Below are positions 16,487-25,451 of a DNA stretch of 26,717 nt, piece by piece (the stretch's first letter is position 1; the number at the start of each line of letters is the position of its first letter). Source of the stretch: a virus (Duplodnaviria; Caudoviricetes). Location: IMG/VR virus record IMGVR_UViG_3300044676_005681, positions 1 to 26,717 of that record; one strand, given 5' to 3'. The position numbers were made by a program, and so were the translations under genes. The notes under the pieces were generated by a model. That model did not search any database. It saw only the letters and a program-made list of their open reading frames with translations, and was not told where the DNA came from.

Positions 16487-16932
16487 TTTTTATCCTGTTC
16501 TAAATAATCTATAAGACTAAAAACTGTTTCGAATTTAGTTTGATTTGTTTTGCTCTGTAATGTATTCCGTAATCCCATATGTATAGGTTTTGGCCATTTT
16601 CCATAACTTACCCATGCATAGCCGTCGTGTTCAGCATTCAACTGAGGGAGGAATTCATCTTTTACAATGCACAAATATGTGTGAAAACTAAACTTTTCGT
16701 CTGTACTAATAAATGTTTCTAAAGGTATAGTTTTTAAAATATCCGGAATTTCACCAATTTCTTCGTGTATTTCTCTTTGTAATGCAGGCCAAGGTGATTC
16801 ATTTTTACCATTAGTTCCACCTACTAACCCCCATACATTTTTCTGTTTACTTTGGGCACGATGTAATAGTAAAAAACGTTGTGTTTTTAAAGAATAGAAT
16901 AGTGCACCACTACAAATAATTTCTTGTTTCAT
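16483..16932 (-). CDS. Nudix hydrolase
   Basis: Nudix box G-TNGKN-E-SPWPALQ-REIHEEIG, plus LNAEHDGYAWV. Confidence 0.88.
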   Translation of the reverse strand: MKQEIICSGALFYSLKTQRFLLLHRAQSKQKNVWGLVGGTNGKNESPWPALQREIHEEIGEIPDILKTIPLETFISTDEKFSFHTYLCIVKDEFLPQLNAEHDGYAWVSYGKWPKPIHMGLRNTLQSKTNQTKFETVFSLIDYLEQDKK

Positions 16933-16936
16933 ACAA

Positions 16937-16945
16937 GTACTTATT
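16937..16945 (-). promoter_or_regulatory. Possible variant late promoter (AATAAGTAC) 5 nt upstream of the Nudix ATG
   Basis: The minus strand reads TAA-AATAAGTA-CTTGT-ATG. It has no Shine-Dalgarno and the same geometry as the site at 25452. Confidence 0.4.
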
Positions 16946-18403
16946 TTAGAGTGCTAGTCGCCAGGTGCCTTTTCGGTATTCGCCTTCGAAGGAAAGTATC
17001 CACTCTGTACCAGTCCATCTGTACTGTACACCAGTGTTTAAATTAGTTATATATTTTGTTGTTGTTCCGCTATCTGCACTAGCATCAAATACTACATGCC
17101 AAGCTGTGCCGTCCCATTCTACAATGTCATTTTCGCCTGCTACAAAGTCTGAATTATCTGCATTTTTCCATGCATCCGGCCCGTCATATCCTGCGCCGCC
17201 TACATTAGAACTTGTGTTGATAGCACCTAAAAGTAGTAGTCTTAGTCCAGCGGCTTTTGCAGTAGTAGGATTGTATGTTCCAGGGTCAATAATAAAGTCA
17301 ATTGATCCTGTGTTATTTCTACCTGACGGTGAATTTAAATTTGTATTTGTAGGAATAGTATCTTCATCCCAATTAATTATTAATTGACTTTCGTCTAATG
17401 TATTAATTGTAGCTGTTCCGTTAACGCTCATACCACCTGTTTCACCAGGTAATGTAACTCTTTGTAATTGGAGTTGTGATAGTCCTGCACGATATTCGCC
17501 TGGAAGTGCTTCAACTAAAGTAGTCCAACGAACACTGCCAGCTATTCCTCTATCTATTAATTGTGCTACGTTATTCATTACAACTAAATCGTAATCTTTA
17601 TATGTTGTTACACCAATGTTCACACTATCACGTTCTACTCTATCAGTTTCTTTATTCATTGAAGGACTTTCTTTTGGACTGTCACTGTATGCTCTTAATT
17701 CAGGAATACTGTTACCTAACTTGATAGTTCCGGCACTTTCATCGAATATACTCATTACAACACTTGTAATAACTCCGAGTTTTTTAACTTTAGCAGGAAG
17801 ATTAATGTATATAGGAGTTGTAAAACTTAACTGTGCAACGTCAATTTCGCTTTCTGTTCCAATTGGAATTGATCTTGAACTAAAATTCATAGTTGTAAGT
17901 TCAACAACAGTTAAACTACTCCAGTCAACATAGTTATCAGTAGTCTGTATTTCAAGTGCTGGATTAAACAACATTAACAGTTGTTCCATAATTTGTAGTT
18001 TTTGATCCGTATTAGTTGACCAAATATCTACATTAACTTGTAGAGTATATGGACTTGGCATAATACGTTCGACTGTATAATTTTTGCCTTGGGTATTTAA
18101 ATATTCTTTGTTATTACTATCGTATGAACGTTCTCTTATATGTACTTTACTTGTAAAAGAACTATCACTTGTACGTGATCTATCTTGTTCTAATCCTGTA
18201 ATGTATACTGCCATACGTGGTGCACTTGGAATTTTGTTTTCTGAATTATCTCTTAAAATATGTCCAACTTGGCGTGTAATGTCACCATACATAACAGGCA
18301 CACGGACTACTTTGCCGTCTCCGTCTTTGTATGAAAAATTACTAAACAGTCTTACTAACTGCGTAACATATCTTCTTATCTGTCCGTCATAAAAATGTTG
18401 CAT
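16946..18403 (-). CDS. Tail sheath stabiliser/terminator (T4 gp15-like) with a long C-terminal extension
   Basis: The N-terminal HFYDGQIRRY..QLVRLFSNF, VPVMYG, PRMAV, PSPY...VDIW and QIMEQLLMLFNP fit the gp15 family. It directly follows the gp14-like gene (TAATG overlap). Confidence 0.78.
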   Translation of the reverse strand: MQHFYDGQIRRYVTQLVRLFSNFSYKDGDGKVVRVPVMYGDITRQVGHILRDNSENKIPSAPRMAVYITGLEQDRSRTSDSSFTSKVHIRERSYDSNNKEYLNTQGKNYTVERIMPSPYTLQVNVDIWSTNTDQKLQIMEQLLMLFNPALEIQTTDNYVDWSSLTVVELTTMNFSSRSIPIGTESEIDVAQLSFTTPIYINLPAKVKKLGVITSVVMSIFDESAGTIKLGNSIPELRAYSDSPKESPSMNKETDRVERDSVNIGVTTYKDYDLVVMNNVAQLIDRGIAGSVRWTTLVEALPGEYRAGLSQLQLQRVTLPGETGGMSVNGTATINTLDESQLIINWDEDTIPTNTNLNSPSGRNNTGSIDFIIDPGTYNPTTAKAAGLRLLLLGAINTSSNVGGAGYDGPDAWKNADNSDFVAGENDIVEWDGTAWHVVFDASADSGTTTKYITNLNTGVQYRWTGTEWILSFEGEYRKGTWRLAL

Positions 18404-19560
18404 TAATTATCTGCCTTAGCTTTTAGTGCTTGGCTTAACCCCTGTCTTTCTTTTACAGTATCGCCAGCAATAGTTGCTTCGTTAGTATTATTAACAAATC
18501 CTGTACGCTGTGTATTCTTAGTATTAGTATTTGATAATGTCATTCTTACGTTATCTTCCATCTTAACCCATCTACGTCCGTCATATCTAAATAATCTATT
18601 TGGAAACATATCAACCCTTAAAAAATAATCTCCCTCAATTTGTGAAGTTGGAAAACTAATTCCACTCCCAAATGCTTCACCGTTTGGTGCTAAACCATCT
18701 CCAATAAGATAACCTGTATAACCTTCACGTTCTGGAGTTTGATTAACTCTATCAGCTAATTCATTTTGTGTACTTGTATCAAGATCTGTTGCATCTGTTG
18801 TTACTAATTCTGGAACTCCACGATCGTCAACTTGTAGAGTATATAAATGACTAGTGTCATACCCCGACTTAGGAGCATCAGCTTCTGCTTGTGCAATTAC
18901 AGCATCGTTAACTTGCATTTCTGTTTCATATGTACTAAGAACATCACGTAACGTTTGTGAGCTTCCTTCTTGTGCAGGTAAATCAAGTATCTCTTTGAAT
19001 TCTTGACTGTCTACTATCTGTTTCATTTTTACACGATACAGATGTGGATACCAACTTTGTGCAAAACCTTCGCTTGCTCTATTTACATCTTCAACTACAT
19101 AGAATCGTTTTAGTGCAACGCTATAATCATTAAGTGCATGTTCGTCTTTTAAGTGTGGAAGCTCAATTACATCTCCTGACATAATCTTACGTCCAAGTGT
19201 TTTTACACTTGCATTAATAGGTATTGTCATAAAGATAATATCGTTTTGTAAAAATAATCCAAATTGACTCATATCAAAGTCTACATCTGAGACATTGTAA
19301 ATGCCACGCATTGTATAAATGTCCGGATCGTACTTGCGATCTCTATTTTCCATAAACAACATATCTTGAATATTTGTTTCAGCAACAGCATTGTAAGCTG
19401 GTTGATCAGCTGTAGCACTTGCTTCATCTGGGTTTTTAGGGCCTAGATACTTGTGTACAAAGACGTCGGTACCTCCGACAGTAAACATCTCTGTTATAGT
19501 CTTATCTAAGAATGAATAATCTTTCCCTCTTTCGGGTTTGTATAAACTGAGTCTCGGCAT
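18403..19560 (-). CDS. Neck/head-closure protein (T4 gp14-like)
   Basis: Start revised to 19560 (MPRLSLYKPE). DMLFMENRDRKYD, FDMSQFGLF and GDVIELPHL resemble gp14. It lies between the gp13-like and gp15-like genes. Confidence 0.68.
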   Translation of the reverse strand: MPRLSLYKPERGKDYSFLDKTITEMFTVGGTDVFVHKYLGPKNPDEASATADQPAYNAVAETNIQDMLFMENRDRKYDPDIYTMRGIYNVSDVDFDMSQFGLFLQNDIIFMTIPINASVKTLGRKIMSGDVIELPHLKDEHALNDYSVALKRFYVVEDVNRASEGFAQSWYPHLYRVKMKQIVDSQEFKEILDLPAQEGSSQTLRDVLSTYETEMQVNDAVIAQAEADAPKSGYDTSHLYTLQVDDRGVPELVTTDATDLDTSTQNELADRVNQTPEREGYTGYLIGDGLAPNGEAFGSGISFPTSQIEGDYFLRVDMFPNRLFRYDGRRWVKMEDNVRMTLSNTNTKNTQRTGFVNNTNEATIAGDTVKERQGLSQALKAKADN

Positions 19561-19567
19561 AACAATA

Positions 19568-19591
19568 GTATTTATCGTAACGCATAAATAC
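19568..19591. promoter_or_regulatory. Back-to-back divergent late promoters
   Basis: GATAAATAC on the minus strand (19576-19568) and CATAAATAC on the plus strand (19583-19591), in the 49-nt gap between divergent ATGs at 19560 and 19610. Confidence 0.75.
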
Positions 19592-19609
19592 ATTGTACGG
19601 AGAAGATAT

Positions 19610-20371
19610 ATGGCAACAAACATAAACACTAAAAAACAAGAAGTTTACAAATACGTAGAACTTAGTCTCGGTGGTGGAATGATCGATGTTGAACTCGATC
19701 CAGAGCATTATGAAAGTGCTCTAAATACAGCATTAACTAAATTTAGACAGCGTAGCGAAAATAGTGTTGAAGAATCTTATATCTTTTTACCTACAGTAAT
19801 TGATCAAAATGACTATACATTACCAAATGAAGTGATGGAAGTTAAAAAGATTTTTCGTAGATCAATAGGATCACGCACAGGTGGCGGCGACGGTGGAACA
19901 TTATTCGAACCATTTAATATGGCATACACAAATACGTATCTTTTAGCAAGCTCTAATATGGGCGGATTATCAACTTATAATGCTTTTGCAGGATATCAAG
20001 AATTAGTAGGACGTATGTTTGGATCATTTATTGAATTTAAATGGAATAGATCAAATAAGAAACTTACAATCTTACAACGTGCCCGTGCAGAAGAAGAACT
20101 ATTACTAGAATGTTACAACTACAGACCAGACTTTGAACTATTAGATGACTATATGGCTGTACAATGGATCAAAGACTATACACTTGCAAAGTGTAAGTAT
20201 ATGCTAGGCGAAGCAAGATCAAAATTCGCTACTATTTCAGGACCACAGGGTGGTAGTTCACTTAATGGTGATGCCCTAAAAGCTGAAGCACAAGCTGAAA
20301 TGGAAAAACTTGAACAAGACGTTGCATTAGCAGTTGCTGGCGGCGTAGGTTACGGCTTCACAATCGGTTAA
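19610..20371 (+). CDS. Neck protein / head-tail adaptor (T4 gp13-like)
   Basis: Start revised to 19610 (GGAG at 19599-19602). LGGGMIDVEL, WIKDYTLAKCKYMLGEARSKF and GPQGGSSLNGDALKAEAQAEMEKLE are typical of gp13. Confidence 0.82.
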   Translation: MATNINTKKQEVYKYVELSLGGGMIDVELDPEHYESALNTALTKFRQRSENSVEESYIFLPTVIDQNDYTLPNEVMEVKKIFRRSIGSRTGGGDGGTLFEPFNMAYTNTYLLASSNMGGLSTYNAFAGYQELVGRMFGSFIEFKWNRSNKKLTILQRARAEEELLLECYNYRPDFELLDDYMAVQWIKDYTLAKCKYMLGEARSKFATISGPQGGSSLNGDALKAEAQAEMEKLEQDVALAVAGGVGYGFTIG

Positions 20372-20379
20372 AATAACAC

Positions 20380-20408
20380 TTGACATCTGCTAAATTATAA
20401 CGTATACT
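20380..20408 (+). promoter_or_regulatory. Sigma70-type early promoter TTGACA-17-TATACT
   Basis: TTGACA at 20380-20385 and TATACT at 20403-20408, intergenic, upstream of an AAGGA Shine-Dalgarno and the ATG at 20434. Confidence 0.8.
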
Positions 20409-20433
20409 ATACATTATAGATTAAGGACTCATT

Positions 20434-21069
20434 ATGATTATTGGAATTTGTGGACTCATCAGTTGCGGTAAAGGTACAGTAGCAGACATTTTAGTTGACG
20501 ATCACAACTTTGAAAAGATTAGTTTTGCAGACAAACTTAAAGACGCAGTATCTTTAATGTTTGATTGGCCACGTGATATGCTTGAAGGTGAAACACCAGA
20601 CAGTCGTTATTGGCGTGAGCAAGAAGATGCATTTTGGACAAAAGAAACAGGACGTAGTATAACTCCAAGGTTAGTATTACAAGAATTTGGTACTGATTGT
20701 ATGCGTAACGGATTCTATGATGGTATTTGGGTAAGTTTTGTTAAAAAGACTATTATTGATAATCCTAATAAAAACTTTGTTATTCCTGATGTACGCTTTG
20801 AAAACGAAGTAGAAGTTATTAAGAATATGGGCGGAAAAGTTTGGTGTGTTAAACGTGGACCTGATCCTGTATGGTTTAGACAATACCAAGATTTAGGCAT
20901 TGAACCAACTGATGTACATCCTAGTGAATGGAGATGGGCAAGAGCATCATTTGAACATAATATATATAATGAAGGAACTATTGCAGATCTTAAAAGTCAG
21001 GTAAAAGGTCGCCTTGTTTCCACTTTGCGCCTTGCTTCTGCATCACCCGCTGACAGTTTGCACAGATAG
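20434..21069 (+). CDS. Deoxynucleoside monophosphate kinase (T4 gp1-like)
   Basis: MIIGICGLISCGKGT P-loop, SFADKLKD, TPRLVLQEFGTD, VIPDVRFENE, HPSE. Confidence 0.9.
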   Translation: MIIGICGLISCGKGTVADILVDDHNFEKISFADKLKDAVSLMFDWPRDMLEGETPDSRYWREQEDAFWTKETGRSITPRLVLQEFGTDCMRNGFYDGIWVSFVKKTIIDNPNKNFVIPDVRFENEVEVIKNMGGKVWCVKRGPDPVWFRQYQDLGIEPTDVHPSEWRWARASFEHNIYNEGTIADLKSQVKGRLVSTLRLASASPADSLHR

Positions 21070-21328
21070 TTTTTAAGTTACTACGCAACGTATTATTTAA
21101 ATCGCCGTCTATATGATAAACATTAAACTGCTCTTTATGGTTACTATGGTAGTTACATTTTTCACAAGTATCTAACTGTCTATAACCAGCACGATGCCAC
21201 TTAGGTATACCCCACATTTTTTTGCCGTGGTGCAAACAAGCATCACACTGCTTACGATAAAACGTTTTACCGTTCTTTTTATAGTTTACAGCCGCTGGTC
21301 TATATCCGCACTCGCATAAAGGTCTCAT
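20990..21328 (-). CDS. Zinc-binding HNH-like protein
   Basis: CEC, CDAC, CEKC and CANC cysteine pairs, with an HIDGDLNN...NLKTIC HNH-type core. Confidence 0.7.
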   Translation of the reverse strand: MRPLCECGYRPAAVNYKKNGKTFYRKQCDACLHHGKKMWGIPKWHRAGYRQLDTCEKCNYHSNHKEQFNVYHIDGDLNNTLRSNLKTICANCQRVMQKQGAKWKQGDLLPDF

Positions 21329-21331
21329 ATT

Positions 21332-21340
21332 GTATTTACC
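21332..21340 (-). promoter_or_regulatory. Putative late promoter (GGTAAATAC) 4 nt upstream of the HNH-like ATG
   Basis: The minus strand reads GGTAAATA-CAAT-ATG. It shares the 13-mer TAAATACAATATG with the plus-strand site at 2559-2571. Confidence 0.5.
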
Positions 21341-21395
21341 TACCCTTTGTGGTACCTTTTTATTGGTGTTTTGATATATGTTTTTGGAGAAATCA

Positions 21396-21403
21396 TATAA
21401 ATA
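21396..21403 (+). promoter_or_regulatory. T4 late promoter TATAAATA upstream of the tail sheath gene
   Basis: Perfect consensus, intergenic, followed by AGGAG (21424-21428) and the ATG at 21436. Confidence 0.85.
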
Positions 21404-21435
21404 CTTTTAACAGTTGTTATAACAGGAGAACTTAA

Positions 21436-24400
21436 ATGGCTTTAATATCACCAGGTGTACAAGTTAGCGTAATTGACGAGAGTTTTTACACACCAGCAGA
21501 ACCAGGTACTACTCCGATGATCTTTGTAGCGTCTAAACAAGACAAAGCAAATGCTTCAGGAACAGGTACAGCAAGAGGTACAACAAAGGCAAATGCCGGA
21601 GTACCATTTTTAATTACATCACAAAGAGATTTATCAGACACGTTCGGAGATCCATACTTCCAAACAGATGCAAGCAACAATCCAGTTAACGGTGGCGAAC
21701 TAAACGAATACGGTTTACAAGCGGCATACTCATACTTGGGTGTTAGTAACAGAGCATTTGTTGTAAGAGCAGATGTTGATCTAAACGAATTAAGCCCAAG
21801 TGCAAGTGCACCAGCGGCTAATCCAGCAAACGGAACATGGTGGTTTGACACAGCATTAACAAAATATGGAATATTTGAATGGAACGGCAATGTCGTAACT
21901 GTTACTGGTGGACAGTCATTTACTAATAAAATTCCACTTGTTATTACTAATAAAGTTAACCTAGTTGGAGAAGTTAATTCAGGTATTCCTAAAGGTTCAA
22001 TAGGTGCAGTAGGTGACTATGCAGTAGTTACAACTACTACTACTAACAAAGTGTACTACAAAAATACTTCAGGAGCATGGGTTAAAGTAGGAACAGCTGA
22101 TTGGGTCAAGAGTTGGCCAACTGTAGCAGGTACAGCAACTGGTACACATACACTAGGAGACTCTATTGTAATTAATGGCACAGCTGTCGAAGCTACAGGT
22201 ACTACAATTACACAAATGGCGGCTGATATTACAGCGAAAGGTATTACAGGTGTAACTGCAGGTGTTGTAGACGGAAAATTAAACATCTTTGGTGACGGTT
22301 CAAACACCGTTGACGGTTCAACAGATGATGACGGTGCTATTAGATTAGCGGCAGGCGGTTCAGGTACATTACTTGCAGACTTAGGTCTAACAGCAGGCGA
22401 CTACTATTCACCAGCATTTGAAATTGCTCCACACACAGCAGTTCCAGCATTTAAGACAGCTGACACTAAAACAAGACCTACAGGAAGTGTTTGGTTCAAA
22501 ACTACAGACGCTAACTTAGGTGTACAAATGAAAGTTAAGCAGTTTAACGGAACTACTAAACTATGGGAAGACAAGTCAGCATTAGTTTACAAAACAAACC
22601 ACGAAGCATTATATAACTTAGATAAAGCAACTGGTGGACTTGGATTAGCATTAGGTGCAACATATGTACAAGCACATACTACTCAAGCAGAAAACGAAGA
22701 GTTTGACTTTACAATTTTTGCAAGAAATAGCTCAAGTGCAACTTCAATTACTTCAAGTGCAGTAGCAACACAGTTAACAAATGCTCAGTCATATGGATTT
22801 ACAATGGCAGAGAGTATTGTAGGACAAGCGGCTATGTCAGCTGGTAAAGCTCTAAGCATTACAGCGGCAGGTACAGCGGCAGACGCAGACACTATTGCAA
22901 ATGCAATTAACGCGGCAGGGTTTGTAAATGTTGTTGCAAGTGTTGATGCAAGTAATAGAGTTATTATCCAGCATAACGATGGCGGAGAAGTACATATTAA
23001 AGATACAAACGGTGCTTTAGGCTTAATTGGCTTTACAGCATTTGACTACACAGCAAAATCAGGAACTGCAAACTTATATGCGGCACCAACAGGTGATGTT
23101 GTTTATGACTTCTATATGTCAAACTGGAAGATTTTAACACAAACTGCAAGTGCAACTGCTCCAACAGCATTAACAACTGATGGCGCATTATGGTACAACA
23201 GTATTGTTGATGAAGTTGATATTATGGTACACGATGGTAGTACATGGAAAGGTTATCAGAACGTTTACAGTTCAGCTGATCCATTAGGACCAATTGTTAG
23301 TGCAACACAACCAACTACACAACAAGATGGTTCATCTGCACTAGTAACAGGCGACATTTGGGTATCAACAGCAGACTTAGAAAATTATCCACAAGTACAC
23401 AAATACAATGCAGACTTAGCAAAATGGATTGCATTAGACGAAGGCGATCAAACATCAGAAGATGGTATTTTGTTTGCTGATGCACGTTATGGTACAAGCG
23501 GCGGCACAGCTACACTAGCACCAAGCGGAACTATTGCAGAACTATTAGTTAGTGATCACTTAGACACTGACGCACCAGATCCTGCACTATATCCAAAAGG
23601 TATGTTGCTTTGGAATTTACGTAGAAGTGGATTTAACGTTAAGAAATTTGTACGTAACCATGTAGACGTAACTGCTAAAAATATTAGAATGAGCGATGTG
23701 AGTATGGCTACTTACTATCCACACAGATGGATTACTGAGTCAGCTAACCAAATTGATGGTTCAGGTAGCTTTGGACGTAAAGCACAGCGTAAAGTTATTA
23801 TACAAGCGTTACAAGCAATGGTTAACAGTAACCAAGACATTAGAGATGACGAATCAAGGTTATTTAACGTAATGGCTTGCCCAGGTTACTCAGAGTTAAT
23901 TGGTGAAATGGTTGCACTAAACAATGATAGAGGCTTAACAGCATTCATCGTAGGTGACAGTCCATTTAGATTAGCAAGTGACGGAACTACATTAAATAAT
24001 TGGGGTTCAAATACAGCACTAGCAGTTGAAGATAACGACAACGGTGCAGTAACTAGAGATGAATATTTGGGTATGTTCTACCCTAGCTTGTTTACAAGTG
24101 ATAATGCAGGTAACAATGTTATTGTTCCAGCAAGTCATGGTATACTTAGAACACTAGCATTGAGCGATCAAGTATCGTTTCCATGGTTTGCACCAGCAGG
24201 TACAAGACGTGGTGGGATTACAAACGCAAGTGCCGCAGGATACATTGATGCAGAAGGCGAATTTAAGTCAATTGCATTAAATGAAGGACAGCGTGATACA
24301 CTTTATGCTAATAATATTAACCCAATTACATTCTTAACAGGAGCAGGACTTGTTAACTTTGGTCAAAAGACTAGAGCAAAGAACGCAAGTGCATTGGATA

Positions 24401-24714
24401 GAATCAACGTAGCAAGACTAGTAATTTACTTGAGATCACAACTTAAGAAACTTGCTAAGCCTTACATCTTTGAGCCTAATGATAAAATCACACGTGATGA
24501 AATTAAAGCACAAGCAGATAGTTTAATGCTAGAGCTAGTGTCACAAAGAGCATTATATGACTTCCTAGTTGTATGTGATGAGTCTAACAATACTCCAAGT
24601 AGAATTGATAGAAACGAGCTGTATTTAGATATTGCTATTGAGCCAGTTAAGGCAGTGGAGTTTATTTACATTCCATTAAGACTTAAAAATACTGGTGAAA
24701 TTAGCGGACTATAA
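21436..24714 (+). CDS. Contractile tail sheath protein (T4 gp18-like), enlarged to 1092 aa
   Basis: LISPGVQVSVIDES N-terminus. C-terminal PWFAPAGTRRG, RDTLYANNINPI, FGQKT, SALDRINVARL, FEPND, VVCDESNNTPSRIDRNEL and IEPVKAVEFIYI. Confidence 0.96.
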   Translation: MALISPGVQVSVIDESFYTPAEPGTTPMIFVASKQDKANASGTGTARGTTKANAGVPFLITSQRDLSDTFGDPYFQTDASNNPVNGGELNEYGLQAAYSYLGVSNRAFVVRADVDLNELSPSASAPAANPANGTWWFDTALTKYGIFEWNGNVVTVTGGQSFTNKIPLVITNKVNLVGEVNSGIPKGSIGAVGDYAVVTTTTTNKVYYKNTSGAWVKVGTADWVKSWPTVAGTATGTHTLGDSIVINGTAVEATGTTITQMAADITAKGITGVTAGVVDGKLNIFGDGSNTVDGSTDDDGAIRLAAGGSGTLLADLGLTAGDYYSPAFEIAPHTAVPAFKTADTKTRPTGSVWFKTTDANLGVQMKVKQFNGTTKLWEDKSALVYKTNHEALYNLDKATGGLGLALGATYVQAHTTQAENEEFDFTIFARNSSSATSITSSAVATQLTNAQSYGFTMAESIVGQAAMSAGKALSITAAGTAADADTIANAINAAGFVNVVASVDASNRVIIQHNDGGEVHIKDTNGALGLIGFTAFDYTAKSGTANLYAAPTGDVVYDFYMSNWKILTQTASATAPTALTTDGALWYNSIVDEVDIMVHDGSTWKGYQNVYSSADPLGPIVSATQPTTQQDGSSALVTGDIWVSTADLENYPQVHKYNADLAKWIALDEGDQTSEDGILFADARYGTSGGTATLAPSGTIAELLVSDHLDTDAPDPALYPKGMLLWNLRRSGFNVKKFVRNHVDVTAKNIRMSDVSMATYYPHRWITESANQIDGSGSFGRKAQRKVIIQALQAMVNSNQDIRDDESRLFNVMACPGYSELIGEMVALNNDRGLTAFIVGDSPFRLASDGTTLNNWGSNTALAVEDNDNGAVTRDEYLGMFYPSLFTSDNAGNNVIVPASHGILRTLALSDQVSFPWFAPAGTRRGGITNASAAGYIDAEGEFKSIALNEGQRDTLYANNINPITFLTGAGLVNFGQKTRAKNASALDRINVARLVIYLRSQLKKLAKPYIFEPNDKITRDEIKAQADSLMLELVSQRALYDFLVVCDESNNTPSRIDRNELYLDIAIEPVKAVEFIYIPLRLKNTGEISGL

Positions 24715-24717
24715 TAT

Positions 24718-24725
24718 GATAAATA
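24718..24725 (+). promoter_or_regulatory. Late promoter motif GATAAATA upstream of the tail tube gene
   Basis: Lies in the 30-nt gap between sheath and tube, followed by AGGAG at 24734-24738. Confidence 0.6.
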
Positions 24726-24744
24726 AAAGTAATAGGAGCACATA

Positions 24745-25374
24745 ATGGCAATTTCAACACTTTCAAAATTAACAGTACCTTTAGATAGCAACGCGAGTGC
24801 ATCTAATCAAGGTTTGTTAATGCCCAAACTACAGTATCGCTTTAGAGTGAGCTTAGAAAACTTTGGTGTATCAAGTCCGTCAACAGAGTTAACAAAACAA
24901 GTAATTGACGTAACAAGACCTAGCGTTAGTTTTGACCAAATGACGGTTGATATTTACAACTCTAGAGTATACTTGGCTGGTAAACATACTTGGGAACCAA
25001 TTACACTTAACTTGCGTGAAGATGTTAGTAACAATGTACAAAAACTTGTTGGTGAACAACTTCAGAAACAATTTGATTTCTTTGAGCAATCAAGTGCGGC
25101 AAGTGGTGCAGACTACAAGTTTGTTACTAGAATTGAAATTTTAGATGGTGGTAACGGTGCCAACACAGCAAGTGTATTAGAAACATTTGAATTATACGGA
25201 TGTTACTTAGAAAGTACAAACTATAACACACTTAACTATGCTACTTCAGAGCCAGTTACTATAGCATGTACTATACGTTACGATAACGCAATCCAAACTC
25301 CACAAGGAACAGGACTTGGAACAGCAGTAGGTAGAACAATTAACACAGCTATTACAGGCGGCGGATCTATCTAA
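24745..25374 (+). CDS. Tail tube protein (T4 gp19-like)
   Basis: 209 aa directly after the sheath gene. PKLQYRFRV, VYLAGKHTWEPITLNLRED, FELYGCY and LNYATSEPVTIACTIRYD. Confidence 0.88.
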   Translation: MAISTLSKLTVPLDSNASASNQGLLMPKLQYRFRVSLENFGVSSPSTELTKQVIDVTRPSVSFDQMTVDIYNSRVYLAGKHTWEPITLNLREDVSNNVQKLVGEQLQKQFDFFEQSSAASGADYKFVTRIEILDGGNGANTASVLETFELYGCYLESTNYNTLNYATSEPVTIACTIRYDNAIQTPQGTGLGTAVGRTINTAITGGGSI

Positions 25375-25393
25375 ACAAAACAAAATTTAAATT

Positions 25394-25418
25394 AAGGGCC
25401 TTTGTTGGCCCTTTTTTT
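25394..25418 (+). terminator. Rho-independent terminator after the tail tube gene
   Basis: Stem AAGGGCC (25394-25400), loop TTTGTT, stem GGCCCTT (25407-25413), then a T tract. Confidence 0.88.
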
Positions 25419-25451
25419 ATGGCTAAATTATCTACCCACTTTATTCAAAAG

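Noticed and set aside
20452-20478. Unusual P-loop GLISCGKGT in the dNMP kinase
   Set aside because: It keeps GxxxxGK and all other family motifs are intact, so this is not evidence of a pseudogene.
21337-25442. Similar CTACCC-containing stretches upstream of two late promoters (about 21340 and 25432)
   Set aside because: The match is short and the spacing to the promoter motif differs, so it cannot be distinguished from chance.
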